A DNA stretch of 64,000 bases from Octopus vulgaris (GCA_951406725.2 OX597819.1:71672001-71736000); one strand, 5' to 3'. Shown: positions 1 through 14,315, numbered from the stretch's first letter. The notes: generated by a model not told the origin, from the sequence alone. Translations and numbers: made by a program.

Positions 1-2162
1 CGCACGTGTGTGTGTGTGTGTGTGTATGTTGTGTGTGTGTAACTACTACGTTTTTCCTAAAAAAATGAATTCAGTTTTTTCTGGTTAATACCAAGTTAAT
101 ATTTGCAGGGTTGGATTAAACTTAATTTATCAGCCCTGATATATGTTAACAAATTGAAACAACATGAAATTAGAGGGAGCGATCTACAGGATGACAGTTT
201 CAATGCAACACAAGCAAACGTCTTAAATGTTTATAGCATATTAATGCTGTCAGATGGAATTGCAGCTGTCATACGCCTTGTCAAAGGTAGTATTAAGCTA
301 TTACTCAGAAGCAAATTGACGAAGCTGCTGCCATCTGTCGCAGAGTTATCGTTATATGGTTTGTCGAAAACATCGGAGACCATAATCGAAAATTGAATTA
401 TATAGGAATGCTAGAAACATCGAGGATACGAGGTCTGTCTGAAAGGAAGCTGTACTTTTTGATAAATAAGAAAAATGCTTTTGCTGTATCTCGGCAAGAT
501 CATTATGTCAACAATAAACGCACGCGTTGGTTGTGTTTCACTTCTTTACTTTTTTATTTGTCAGCTGGTTAACTATATAAACAGTTAATAAACTGATTGT
601 TTCTTTAATCATTCGGTCAATCAATCAATCTAATTAGGATTATATTCTTCGAAGTTGCTGTTTCCATTGTTTAGACACCAATTCCAATGCTTGTTTAGTT
701 TTGTTTTACTAGTCCTAAAACGTGTTTACAGAGTCAATGCGCAGTTCCCGTTGGGAATTTTCAATTTTTCTTCCCATTGTCTGAAATCGGCGATCATTCA
801 TCATGGGTTACACTTTGAGGCCGGAAAAATATGCAGGGGCCACATCCAGGGATTCGGCCGACTTGAGATTGAGGAACGTCTCGGTGAATTGTCTGAAACT
901 TCACGGGAAATCTGCGACGAATTGGCATTATTTCATTCTTTACATTCTGAGATCAAATTCCGACGTAGTCAACTTCACTTTTTATCCTTTCGGAGAACGA
1001 TGAAAAAAAAGAGGACCGATTTAAAACGATAGATTGACTGAACAGTAAGATCATCAAAATTGATGCGGCTCAATCTTTGTTTCGGTTCTTTACGTTGTCA
1101 GTTCAAATCCTGCCAAAATCAGCCTTGCCTTTCAGCCTTTCGGAGTCGATAAAAAGTATCCATCTAAGGGAGGTGAATAGGCGGAATTATAAGGACGTCG
1201 TACGCTATGCCTTGTGTTATTTATTCTGACCCTTTGAATTCTAAGGCTAAGTCCTATCAGAGCCTACATGAATGCTAGATTTATTTCGTCGTTCAGTTTA
1301 ACGCCACCACCTGACAACCTTTAGCAGGGTACCATTAGTAAGGAAACTTTAGGAGGTTTCCCTCTATTACAAGTATTTCGGATCAGGTTTTCAGTTTAAG
1401 GATTTCTCTCTCCCCACCCCCCTCTCTCTCTCTCTTTCTCACTCTCTCTCTCTCTCTCCAGTCTCGAAGGTACTGGGCCACTGATTGCCCTCCTGTCTAC
1501 TCCTGTCTATATAGAATTCAAAGAAATCAACTCTGGTAGAATAATGCAGGAATTTGTTACTAAATCATTTCAAGACATTTAGAACGTCGTTGTTATATTT
1601 CCACCCAAATAGGAATGAAAGGGGTTCATAGCTAAAAAAAAACAAAAAAAAAACAAACAAAAAGCTGTTTGAGAAACACTGCCTTATATGAATGGGATGC
1701 TAACTTTCTCACGAAAAGCCGAACGTCGTTCTAACTAAGCAAAATTCTCATGCAGTTCTCAAGAATAACACAAATTCTCAGGAGTTAATCATTACGTCAG
1801 CGTTTGATTATTCACGAAGCAATGCCGAAATGTATTTTAAAGATAACAACCAAGCAGAGTCTGAGACATCGATAATCTGCTTAGCAAAAGCTTCATCCTG
1901 AATCACGGGTGGCTTCCTTCGTCAAACATATATTTTATCTTTTATTTCATGTACTTGTTACAATCATTAGACTGCAGCCATACGGGGGCCAACACCTCGA
2001 TGAATTTTTGGTCGAAACGAGTCAACCGAGTGCTTTCTCTTCTCAAAGTCTGGTACTTATTCTGTCGGTCTCCTTCGGCACACCGCTAACTTACAGAAAC
2101 GTAAACATAACAACATCGGCTCTCAAACAGTGGTGCGGGAATAACACAGGCACAAACACATG

Positions 2163-2338
<176 letters not shown>

Positions 2339-2671
2339 GTATATATATGTATATATATATATGTATGTATATATATATATATATATATATATCAAAATAA
2401 GCAACAAGGATATCCAAGGTAGTGTAGTACAATCGTTTTATGCTACTTCATTTTATTAAACAATGTAAGTATTACATTAGTTTTAAAATGTAGAGCATTC
2501 TTCAGCCACATATAGAATGTTTTTAATTAAATAGACAATGCACACTTTTATACTTATTTCATTTGCCAACATTACAAAGAGGGTAGATATATAGACAGAG
2601 AGGTTAATTTCATCATTAAGAACATGGTAGTAGAAGGTCCTTCTCCATCTTCACTGAATATATATAAATAA

Positions 2672-2727
<56 letters not shown>

Positions 2728-2779
2728 TCCCCAGACACTTTTATTTATTCAATTTTTAGTTCGTTATAAGACGTGGTTT

Positions 2780-2832
2780 GTGCCTGAAGAATATGTTTGA
2801 GTTCTGTCAGCATATGAAGCTATTAGTAGCGC
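2780..2832 (+). ncRNA. Degenerate type-I hammerhead ribozyme motif (PLE terminus)
   Basis: gtgc-CTGAAGA-atatg..catat-GAAG-cta t tag-TA-gcgc. Stems I, II and III pair; GAAA is mutated to GAAG. Confidence 0.55.
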
Positions 2833-2896
2833 TTGAATACATGCAATGTGACCTTTAAATAATAATAATAATAATAATAACAACAACAACAACAAC

Positions 2897-2945
<49 letters not shown>

Positions 2946-2956
2946 TTAATAATAAT

Positions 2957-3003
<47 letters not shown>

Positions 3004-3072
3004 GGTCCCGGGTTGATTCGGGGTTAACCACAGTAAATAAGGTACTCAATACATAGCAGAGTAAAATTAATT

Positions 3073-3194
3073 TATTATATAGAAGGAGCTTCTACAGGAC
3101 TAGAACTGTTTCATTCAAGAGAAATCTTCAGGAAGCTCCTGAAGATTTCTCTTGAATGAAACAGTTCTAGTCCTGTAGAAGCTCCTTCTATATA

Positions 3195-3197
<3 letters not shown>
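3073..3197. repeat. Perfect 61-bp-arm palindrome (3-nt loop) between (TA)n tracts
   Basis: 3073-3133 is the exact reverse complement of 3137-3197; loop agc. Confidence 0.95.
3085..3139 (-). ncRNA. Minimal type-I hammerhead ribozyme
   Basis: Minus strand reads ggagcttc-CTGAAGA-tttc tctt gaat-GAAA-cag ttctagtc ctg-TA-gaagctcc: 8-bp perfect stem I, intact core, GUA cleavage triplet. Confidence 0.8.
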
Positions 3198-3236
<39 letters not shown>

Positions 3237-3977
3237 TCAGTATTGAACTATATATATATATATATAATTTTAAATTAAATGGGTACTATTCATCTTCCAT
3301 CATTCTGAATCCGAGTTTTGTCCCCGTTAACGGAAGTGGCCGGATCTAGCTCAATGCTATAGCAACCGCCTTCATACCATCTCACCATCTTGCCTGGTTT
3401 TAAATAGAAATAATGATAATAATAAACTGGCTAGCAAGTTTACGCCTTAAAGGTAAAATATAAAGAAAATTGAAAATTCAATAGGATATTTAACATACCA
3501 TTTTCTATAAACCGAGCCATCTCTCTAAAACCACAAATGACTCACTCTTAAAATACACAAGGCTAATGCAATAGATATAACAAAAATTGGCTTACCTTGC
3601 ATGAAATACAGAAGTATATTTCGGGATCAATTGATTTCACTGTCTGTATGAAAAATACATATATATATAGACAAACACACACACAAATATATACAGGAAT
3701 ATATGAGTATGTATGGTATGTGCGTGTGTGTGTGTGGGTGGGTGTGTGTGTGTGTGCGTGCGTGTGTAGATGATTTATGTGCTTTTGAAATAAAGTCAAT
3801 GTATATATTTTTTTCCTTTGCAACAGAAAAATAAGACACTTGTTATCAACATAAATATATGAAAAAGTGAGCTCGTGTATAGATGCCTATATGTCGGTTT
3901 ATGTTGTTCGTATATGTGTGCATGTGCGTAACTATGTCTAGACCTATCCATATTTGTAACCAACTATATATGTGTAG

Positions 3978-4082
<105 letters not shown>

Positions 4083-4243
4083 TATATATATAATATATAT
4101 ATATATACATTTATATTGTACATAAGACAGAATTAAAAAGATGTATGCTGATTCCTGTTGCGAAGCTCATAAATTACTCAGACACTTGTAGAATCACAAA
4201 ATTATATATGTATATATATATATATATTGATAAAAATGGTAAG

Positions 4244-4308
<65 letters not shown>

Positions 4309-4441
4309 CAATCTATTAATCAAGCATATATATCTCTAGATAATATACACAAAGACACACTTACATAGATACATACACACATACATACATACATACATAC
4401 ATAGATACATACATACATACATACATACATACATACATACA

Positions 4442-4475
<34 letters not shown>

Positions 4476-4799
4476 CTTACATATTCACACGCATACACAT
4501 CCCGTCACAGACTTTTAAGAAATTATTATTCTAGTCTGAATACTACTGAAATGGTCATTAAAGAAAGAAATGTTATTTGTCTTGTGTTGACGGAAGTTGG
4601 GTAGGTCTCAGCAACAGTCTTTATTTGATATTCCAGTCAGTTAATTTTCAGTTTTCCTTCCCAATAAACCAAGTAAAAAACATTAATATTGGCTATATCT
4701 AAAATCTATATCTACTAAAATGTAGCTTTTTTGATAGTTTGATGGATGGAAAGATTGATAGACACATGGATATAGGGGTATATATTTATATATATAGAT

Positions 4800-4885
4800 A
4801 AACACACACACACATATATTTCTATATAAACGCATATGTATAAACTATATAAACTTATATGTATGTATGCATATGTATATGAATA

Positions 4886-4936
<51 letters not shown>

Positions 4937-5021
4937 AACACACACACACATATATTTCTATATAAACGCATATGTATAAACTATATAAACTTATATGTAT
5001 GTATGCATATGTATATGAATA

Positions 5022-5060
<39 letters not shown>

Positions 5061-5145
5061 AACACACACACACATATATTTCTATATAAACGCATATGTA
5101 TAAACTATATAAACTTATATGTATGTATGCATATGTATATGAATA

Positions 5146-5205
<60 letters not shown>
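4800..5205. repeat. Three-copy compound minisatellite (~125-135 bp unit) built from microsatellites
   Basis: (CA)n-tatatttctatataaacgcatatgtataaactatataaacttatatgtatgtatgcatatg-(TA)n recurs at ~4802, ~4938 and ~5062. Confidence 0.85.
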
Positions 5206-5220
<15 letters not shown>

Positions 5221-6174
5221 ATATTCATGTACAAACAGATATATATGTACGCGAGGGCGTGAATGTGTGTGTGTTTTTGCATACACGCACACACATACAC
5301 ACATATAGAATGAGAGAGAAAGAAAGAGAGAGAGGGAGAGAGAGAGATACATGTACGTATGCACACACACACACATATATATACACATACGTACACATGT
5401 GTGTATACATACGCACACACATACACTACAGATAGGCATACACGCCCATACATGCGCACATATCTATAATTTCTTTAAACCATTACATAGATGCATGTTC
5501 ATAACTTACACGTAATTACCTCCCTTTTTTCTGTTCGTGTACAAATGAAACTTTATTTCGTCACGTTCACTTCTAGTTATTCGAATTCATTCGCTTTCAC
5601 AATGTTATGAAGCAACATGACACGTCATTCTACGATTCTTCATCACTCCCGACACACCTCTCCCTCTATACTTCTTTCTTGTAAACCCATCTAAAACACC
5701 TTCACCAGTTCTCGTTTATGTCCACTCACTCTCACAACTAGATGCCCAGATAAAGTAATTTTCCTGATTCTTTCACCTGGTAACCTTTCTCCATCATGCA
5801 CCAACCTCCAAAGTTAAAACGAGCATCTCCTGCAAACACCTCACTATTCTGAACAGGACTTACTCCTATGTCTCTATCCAGTGTTAGGGACCTTTCAGCG
5901 TAAGATAAGTAAAATGTAAACGCAGAGGGAGCGATGTAGATATAACTTTGTGGCTAAAAAACTCGCTTTTTAATCCCGTGGCTCCATGTTTGATCTTTTT
6001 ATATGGTGACATGCACCTGACTCGGTAAACGGTTCCTTTTTTCAGATTAACATTAATTAATATAATAGTAGCAAAACGTTCATAGAAGATAAAGCTTATC
6101 TATGGGCGAGTGTTTGAAGTGTTGTTTGGTTGTGAATTACTGTCAGTTGGATTATATTTTTGGAGTTACAAAAT

Positions 6175-6390
6175 TGGTTTTAAATATTGGCAAAAGGCCA
6201 GCAAGTTCGTGGGTTAAGGTGTAAACCGATTACGTCGACTTCAGTGCCCAAATGGTACTTATATTTCGACCATGAAAGGATGAAAGGCAAGGTCGACCTC
6301 GACGTAATTTGAGCTCAGATTATATAGACGGACAAAATTTTGCTAACCATTTTGCTCGGCGAGCTAACGATTCTGCCAGCTCGCTGCCTT
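6175..6390 (-). mobile_element. tRNA-derived SINE family A copy
   Basis: Reverse of family A: gaaaggatgaaaggcaaggtcgacctc...tttgagctcaga...gctaacgattctgccagctcgc. Confidence 0.8.
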
Positions 6391-7439
6391 TGTGTTACAA
6401 TATTGAAATGATGTGGTGTATTGGCTCTAAAAAATCCAAATACCTTTCTAATATAGGTACAACTGTGCTGTGTAGAAATAAAGAAAAAGACTTCGGAAAT
6501 ATACTGCCTGCATCAGCTTAAAATGTTTTGATAATATTATAGAGATCTGTTCGACATGTCTGCTTAATATCTGAAGATTTTAAGGTTTAATTATTGAATG
6601 GTCATTTAGTGTTATGTGTTCTTTTGCTAAGTGCAATGACTGGATTTTACTGTCGTTGGATGTGATTAGTCTTTATAGAGATTTCTTTTCGTAAAAGTAC
6701 CAAGTCTTTAGCTAAACTTGTCGACGTATCATAATAAATTGACATGGTTTTCCCAATAAACAACATTTTTAAGGCAGCGAGCTGGCGGAATAGTTAGCAG
6801 GTCGGGGAAAATGCTCAGCAGTATTCCACCCGTCTCTACGTTCTGTGTTCAAATTCCGCCGAGGTCGACTATGTTTTACATCCTTTCAGGGTCGATAAAA
6901 TAAGTACTAGTTGCGAAGTGATTGGCTAAAGTCTGAAGCCAATATACTTATGTTACATATAAGTATATTATTAGGAAAAACAATCTCTATCAGATTGGCT
7001 AAGCAGAAACTGCAAATGCCTTCAAAATAGTTCGTATCTGATATATTTTGGTTTCTTCCCCAACTTATATAACATTTCCTTCAAAAGCCCTGAAAATGTC
7101 GTGAGTACCGCAGCCGCTCTCGACTTATTAAGACATAAAATAGAATTTAACTCTCAGATTCCAGAGTAAAGTTTAATATACGTATTCCTTGTTTGAAATC
7201 AGCAATTCTCGGTTGTGAAGTAATTTTAGCGTTTTGAAAGAGAAATGCAGCTTCGTGATACTGCTATGACTACAATAAAGATATCTGTTCATCGGGAAGA
7301 ATCATATAAAATTGCAACGTCTGGCATTTGTAGAGCTTTTGATGATTACAAATTTTTGCTATGAAATGCATCAAGAGATGTGGTGATATTGTTTGATAGA
7401 AAAATAATAATAATGTATCTATCATTCTTAATATATCTT

Positions 7440-8020
7440 AACAAATTAAAACGGGAATATATTGACCACTGTCGTTTTTCATCATCGGAGAACACCTCCA
7501 CGCTTTAGATGATGAGTGTACATAATACTCGTGATTCATCAGTATAAGAGGTCTTTGAGACACGTAGTGTTTCGACCTTGTATGTCTCTTTAGTCGATGC
7601 TAAACCATGGGACTGATAAATCTAACAAGAGTACGGGCTCTTGTTTATGAGAATCAATAAATTATTGGCTGATGCATTCTGATGTCTGCTAAACAGATGA
7701 TAATTCATGGGGTGCTTCCAGAACATCAAGAATCCAAACAATAACGTATTTGTTCATTCTAAGTTATCTGCTTGGTAACACTAACGAGAGGTATGCTTGC
7801 TGTTTACTATAAACAAATGCTCCTGCTCGTCTGAGATTCATCATTCTCGTGGCGAAGCTTTGGTTAATGAGATACACAATATGGTCGAAACACTACAGTG
7901 TCTCAAAGTCACCTTACGCATGTGAGTCACGCATGTTATGAACGCTCATCGTCAGAAGGGAGGGGGTGTCCTGCGATGATGAATAACAACAGTGAACAGC
8001 TATTCATGTTCGTATTTGCC
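7440..8020. repeat. Old imperfect inverted repeat carrying two decayed hammerhead motifs
   Basis: ctttgagacacgtagtgtttcgacc (7553) mirrors ggtcgaaacactacagtgtctcaaag (7883-7908); the flanks also mirror loosely. Confidence 0.7.
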
Positions 8021-8362
8021 AAAATGTATCAAGAATGAATAGACACGCTACTGCCCGATATATTTTCTTACTGTATGTAATGTTAGCATTTGTGTGTTCA
8101 TAAATGTGTTTAGGTTGAGGGGGCCCTAATTAAATAAAGTCAAGGGCTCTGTTTATTGCTATGATGCATGGATATTGGCTGGTTATGTATTTCGGTGTAG
8201 AAATGGAGGGTGTCATTTTTATATCAGCTTCCAACTCCTAGTGCAGTCGTGGTCAGCATATTGATATGGAGTGCGATGTTTCAAACATATCGGACCCTTT
8301 CCTTTGCAGGATCGGGAAATCAAGAAATAGCGAATAGCACCTGCACCTACTCATAAATTTTT

Positions 8363-8439
<77 letters not shown>

Positions 8440-8777
8440 TGTGTGTATTGTTGTATTTGGGGATGGTCATGTTACTGTTGCCGGTTTAGCCAATGAAAAC
8501 TTTGTGTTCACTTGCTTCAGTTTTATTTTATATTAATTGTATTTCGGCCAGAGTTCTTTTGTCACATTTCTGTGTCCTCATCAATAAAGCTGAAGCAATT
8601 GATCACCAAATATATAGTGCGGGTATTTTCATTAGCTAAACTGGCGGCATGACCATCCCCAAATACAATATCGGTTTCAATTACAAATTTATTAAGTTTG
8701 CATTTATGCGACATAAGCATAATTTTATCAAAGGAAAAAAAAGATGTAACTTGGGATATTATAAATATGTGTGTGTG

Positions 8778-8837
<60 letters not shown>

Positions 8838-8869
8838 TGTGTGGGTGTGTGTGTATTCTTTTAGGCTTT

Positions 8870-9310
8870 TAATTGGAGCCCCACCTTAACAGGTTTTAGT
8901 CGAATAAATCGACGCCGGGACTTATTTTCTGTAAGCCTAGTACTTACTCTATCGGGTTCTTTTGCCGAACCGCTAGATTACGGGGACATAACACATCAAC
9001 ATCGGTTGTCAAGCGAGGGTGGAGGGACAAACACATCCACACAAATACATACATACATGCATACATACATACATACATACATACATACATACATACATAC
9101 ATACATACATACATACATACTTACATATTTATATATATATATGTATATATACACGACGGGCTTCTTTCAGTTTCCGTTTACCAAACCCACTCACAAGCCT
9201 TAGTCGGCCCGAGTTTGTAGTAGAAGACACTTACCTAACTTGCCATGCAGTGAGACTGAACCTGGAACCAAGTTGTTGAGAAGGAAGCTTCTTATCGCAC
9301 AGCCACGCCT
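8870..9310 (-). mobile_element. SINE family B (CORE-like) copy with internal (CATA)n
   Basis: Reverse complement of the family B body seen at 29753-30158. Confidence 0.85.
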
Positions 9311-10499
9311 GCACATTTGCCTATGTATATATTGTTCTTAAAGCCGTCATCGAACGTCAATGCATTGAAGTCCAACGATTGTTTAGCTGGCTATAACTTC
9401 GAAGTCACAGTCAACAATTTTCTTGTTTAAGAATAAATTTGTACTGTACAAAAGTACAAATTGACGTAAAATGACTTTTAATATAAGTAAACTTAAAACA
9501 GACATGAATACATACACACACGTATATATATAATTATGTATGCATATACATGTGTATGTACATACGTATACATATATATACATATGTGTATGCGTTTTGT
9601 AGTAACAGTGAGCAAGTGTTTATATATACATGCATATATGTGTGTGTGTGTGTGTGTGTGCGTGTGTGTATTATATATATGCACACACACATACACACAC
9701 ACACATATATATATATATGTACACATATACAAATATCCAGGAGAGAGAGAGAGAAAGGAAGGAAGGAATGTTGGTGAATATGAAAAGTTTTTTGTCTGTA
9801 GACTGGCAGTGTTCCTATTTCAGTCACGTTATCAGACAGTTGGAATAAACAATTACGAGAGAATATTGACATATTAGAGTAACATATGCAGATAGCAGTA
9901 CATTTGTGTTGGAGGAACGTGTGATCTGGAATCATAAATTATCCTCCTGATCAAGCATGAAAACACTGGAATCATTTCAAGAACTCTGAAACGCTACTCT
10001 GCATTACACCCGCTTTATTGTTGCATCATAAATGTTACAATATCACAAAGCAGTCACATCTTATAACTCAGTACACACACCGACACACACACAGGCGCGA
10101 ACACACAAAGAAAACTATATTGGTGTGTGCGTGTATCAACGTGCGTATCTAAACATGTGTGCGTATATATAGATATACATACGCACATATGTGTGTGTGT
10201 GTGTGTGTTTGCGTGTGCATATATGTATGTATGTGTATTATTTATTATGCCAGATAAAGACGTTATACCGATAGCCTAGGTTTCTTGTTAGCAAAGTTGA
10301 TTTTCTAGTATTTGTTCTGTTAGTGAAAGATCAGAGGGTAAGCAAAGATATGTAGGTCCATACGCTTTGATTTACTTGTCGATCTCTAAAAACTGTTTTA
10401 ATGCAAGCTCTACAGTTCAGAAAACCGTACGTCATTATTACAGATTGAAACATTGATATAATGGTAAATGCCAGAAAATTCTTGTTATTTTTACGATTC

Positions 10500-10720
10500 C
10501 TAGTGGCCGATGGAAGATGGAAACGGTTTGTCTAATATATTCCTGAATATCTTTGGTGGAGCTGAGATTGCTAGGATTGCTGACTCTGAGGAGCTGTATA
10601 TTTTAAGCAAATTGACAAGCGATATGAAAGGAACTAGCAGAGGGCTGTATAGAGATGACGGGCTGGAAACTGTATGTAATATAAACGAACACGCGATGTA
10701 CAAATTAAGAAATACATGAG
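10500..10720 (+). pseudogene. Penelope-like element reverse transcriptase relic
   Basis: Translation GGAEIA...LYILSKL...GLYRDDGL matches the GAE..../GLYRDDGL catalytic region typical of Naiad/Neptune-type PLE RTs. Confidence 0.7.
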
Positions 10721-11019
10721 AAAATACAAGTAAATAAACTTTGAGGGTGTGGTAAAAAGTTTGCTTCCTAACCACATGGCTCTGGATTCCGACCCACTGC
10801 GAAGTACCTTGGGAACCTTGGGCAAGTGTTTCCTACTATAACCTCGGTACGACCAAGGCCTTGTGAGTGGATTTGGTAGACGGAAACTGAAAGATGCCCG
10901 TCTTAATTAGAGGATATATTAACCTCATGAAGGGATGGTCGCATCCAAGGAAATAACTAGTATTGTTAAGGAATGAAATTTCCTTAAAACAACGAGTACA
11001 TATTAACCATATAGGTTAT

Positions 11020-11435
11020 ATCCAGTTAAAAGACGAAAAGAAAATGGAGATAAAGTTAACAATTATTTATTATTAACAAGTTTGTCATCATCGCTTCTTA
11101 CAGGCCGTTTCAATTAATATTTGTACATTAAATTTGCATTTATGCGACATAAGCATAATTTTATCAAAGGAAAATAAAAGATGTACCTTGGAATTTTATA
11201 TGTGGACCTATTCATGCTGAAATGAATTGATAGGTCCGCATATAACATCTCAAGGTATATCTTTTTCTTCGATGAAATTAGGCTCATGTCACATAAATGC
11301 AAATTTAATGTACAAATTTGTAATCAAACTATTGAGTATTAATTGAAACGGCTGTAAGAAGCGAAGATGACCAATTTGTTAATAATAAATAATTGCTAAG
11401 TTTATTACCTCCAATTTTCTTTTCTTCTTGTAACT
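11020..11435. repeat. Imperfect ~200-bp-arm palindrome, PLE-terminus-like
   Basis: aattatttattattaacaa...cttcttacaggccgtttcaattaata mirrors tattaattgaaacggctgtaagaag...ttgttaataataaataatt. A fragment recurs at ~8680-8765. Confidence 0.8.
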
Positions 11436-11795
11436 ATGTGAGTGTGTGCGTGTGTGTGTGTATGTGTGTATCGTTGTATCTGTATTTGTTCGCCACAACA
11501 GCTTGACAAGTGTTGGTGTGTTTGTGTCCCCGTGGGGCCCAAAGCTTTAATAACTATACTAGAGTCGATCCATTCGACAAAAATTTCTTAAAGGCGGTGT
11601 CTTAGCGTGGTAGCGGTCTAATGAGTGAAAACATGTAAAAGATGATAAAAGATAAATATAGTCAACTGCCACGTCGTTCACACATGCTTAAATATCAGTA
11701 AACACTACTGATTCCATAAACCGAATGAGAAAATTACCTCCATAAACAATGCTTCCAATTATCCTCCCTCAACATTAGCGTCATTATTACTATTA

Positions 11796-11884
<89 letters not shown>

Positions 11885-11885
<1 letters not shown>

Positions 11886-12085
11886 GGCGGTGAGCAGGTA
11901 GAAGCATTAGCACACTGGACAAAATGCTTAGTGGTATTTCACGTTCTGAGTTCAAATTCCACCGAGGTCGACTTTGCCTTTCATCCTTTCGGAGTCGGTA
12001 AAATATGTACCAGTCGAGTACTGTGGTCGATGTAATCGGCCAAGCCCCTGCCCCAAATTTCGGGCCATGTGCCTATAATAAAAAG
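11885..12085 (+). mobile_element. SINE family A, near full length
   Basis: Head ggcggtgagcaggtagaagcattag, B-box-like gagttcaaattcc, body gaggtcgactttgcctttcatcctttcggagtcg. Further copies at ~1085, 6772, 17711-18085, 21620-22172, 30740, 35407, 43950, 50645 and 57030-57527. Confidence 0.88.
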
Positions 12086-12820
12086 GACCATTAGTAGTAA
12101 CAGTTATCACAAACATATCTCCAGATAAGCCTACGTTTCATAAAGTCGTTTATAATACAATTGTATTAGAGATGTCGGTTCTAGTCTTGGAAAAAGTAGT
12201 AACGGCGATATAATTCCCGTTAGAACTAATGTAGATATAGGCTAACGTATTAGGGTTAATTCCCATTTTAATGTGAATGGACTATGAATATAGATTATTA
12301 CGACTGAATAAATATGGAAATCAACGTTGGAGAAATTCAATATCTTCTAAGAACAGAAGGCTTTTGTCATCGAACTTATGAAAAGGTAGGATTTCAACAA
12401 TGAATACAAAAACGTCCAAGGCACAGACAATTCCAGCCAATTATAAAGACAAAGTAGTAGATAATAAAAGGCTTTCGGCAATTGCTCGGTTCGATTGTGT
12501 TCTCTTTTCTAATATTTTATTCCTTTAGTCATGCATCTTAGCCCAATACAGTAGTATCTCTTCTCTTTAATCTCTTATTGTGAACCCCACTCACACAATA
12601 TACATACATACATGCATACACACACATATATAATCAAAGGCACATGAACATATATATATATATGTATGTGTGTGCGTATTTATGTATGTATGTATATATA
12701 TATATATATATATATATTCTTTCCTTCTTTCCTGAGCGTCCAATAATACTATACGTGGTCCACGTTCTCGCGTTGTTGTGTTTTCTGTTTGTGTTTTTAT
12801 GTTTGGATTAACTTTATATA

Positions 12821-12884
<64 letters not shown>

Positions 12885-12898
12885 CATATATATATATA

Positions 12899-12929
<31 letters not shown>

Positions 12930-12930
<1 letters not shown>

Positions 12931-13200
12931 GAGGCGAAATGGCCCAGTGATTAGGGCAGCGGACTCGCAGTCTTAGGATCGCGGTTTCGATTCCCAGACC
13001 GGGCGTTGTGTGTGTTTATTGAGCGAAAACATATAAAAGCTCCACGAGGCTCCGGCAGGGGGTGGTGATCCTTGCTGTACTCTTTCACCACTCTTTCTCT
13101 CTTTCTTCTGTTGGCCTGCTCGCTTAGCCAGGCTAAAACAATGCGAACGCATTGTGACCAGCGATGTGTAGCAACATCTGATGGTCTGGTCGGTCACGTG
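12930..13200 (+). mobile_element. tRNA-derived SINE family C (tail variant 1)
   Basis: A-box tggcccagtgattag and B-box ggtttcgattccc. The 5' ~170 bp is shared with the 23111 copy. Confidence 0.85.
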
Positions 13201-13220
13201 ATATATATATATGTACATAT

Positions 13221-13556
13221 ATATTAACAGTTATCGCCAAGCTAATATGGCAGTCCATAAACATAGGACAAAAGCTGCCGTTGATTAGCTTCAACAGTCC
13301 ATCGCCTCTACCTAGCAATGTGACACACGAACCTGTCTCCATTATAACTTTCGAACAGGGGAGGTCAGCTGCTTCCACTTGCTGGTCAGGCTGGTCAAGA
13401 GGAAGCGGCTGACCTCCCCTGTTCGAAGGTTATAATGGACACAGGTTCGTGTGTCACATAGCTAGCTAGAGGCGATGGCCTCTTGGAGCTAATCAACGGC
13501 AGCTTTCGTCCTATATTTATGGACTGCCATATTAGCTTGGCGATAACTGTTAATAT
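13221..13556. mobile_element. Foldback MITE (~160-bp arms)
   Basis: atattaacagttatcgccaagctaatatggcagtccataaa ... tttatggactgccatattagcttggcgataactgttaatat; the whole element is near-palindromic. Confidence 0.88.
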
Positions 13557-13991
13557 CCAGTACCACTGCCGTAGTCTCACAAGGCTATGGTGGAAGACAC
13601 TTGTCCAAGATGCCATAATTAATATATCTTTCTTGGTGTCTTTGTGGTATGTATGTTCACGCTTCTGTCCTTGCTGCATTCCATTTGCAGATATCAAGAA
13701 GAAAATCATTAAATGCTAAAATACACGAAATATTCTCTCCCATCATTGTTTCTGATACTGCATTAGAGGCTTTACCTGTCAGTCTGAATTATATGCCATC
13801 AATTATTGTCCACGCATATATTACAGGGTATGGGACCTTTTGGCACAGCCGTCGTGGCTCCGCTTATTTGGTGTCACTTATTTCATACTGACTTATTTGG
13901 CATTAGAAGTTTTAATGCTTCACTCGTTCTTTCTCTCTCCCTCACTCTATCTCTCTTACTCTTACTCTCTTTCTCTCTCACCCGCTCTCTC

Positions 13992-14074
<83 letters not shown>

Positions 14075-14204
14075 ATGTTTGTGAACATATTTCTGCACAC
14101 GCATGAATAGAAAGGAAGTGTTTATGTCCACCGTATTCAATAAAGTAATTGTGATGCCCCTCCCCACCTCCCTCTCTCACCTTATCTATCTATCTATCGC
14201 TCTC

Positions 14205-14315
<111 letters not shown>

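Noticed and set aside
427-1030. Mariner-like start (tacgaggtctgtctgaaagg) and ORF 655-1032
   Set aside because: No matching opposite TIR and no convincing WVPHEL/DD34D motifs could be read.
5640-5905. Possible RTE relic (QVKESGKLLYLG on the minus strand)
   Set aside because: Too degenerate to call by eye.
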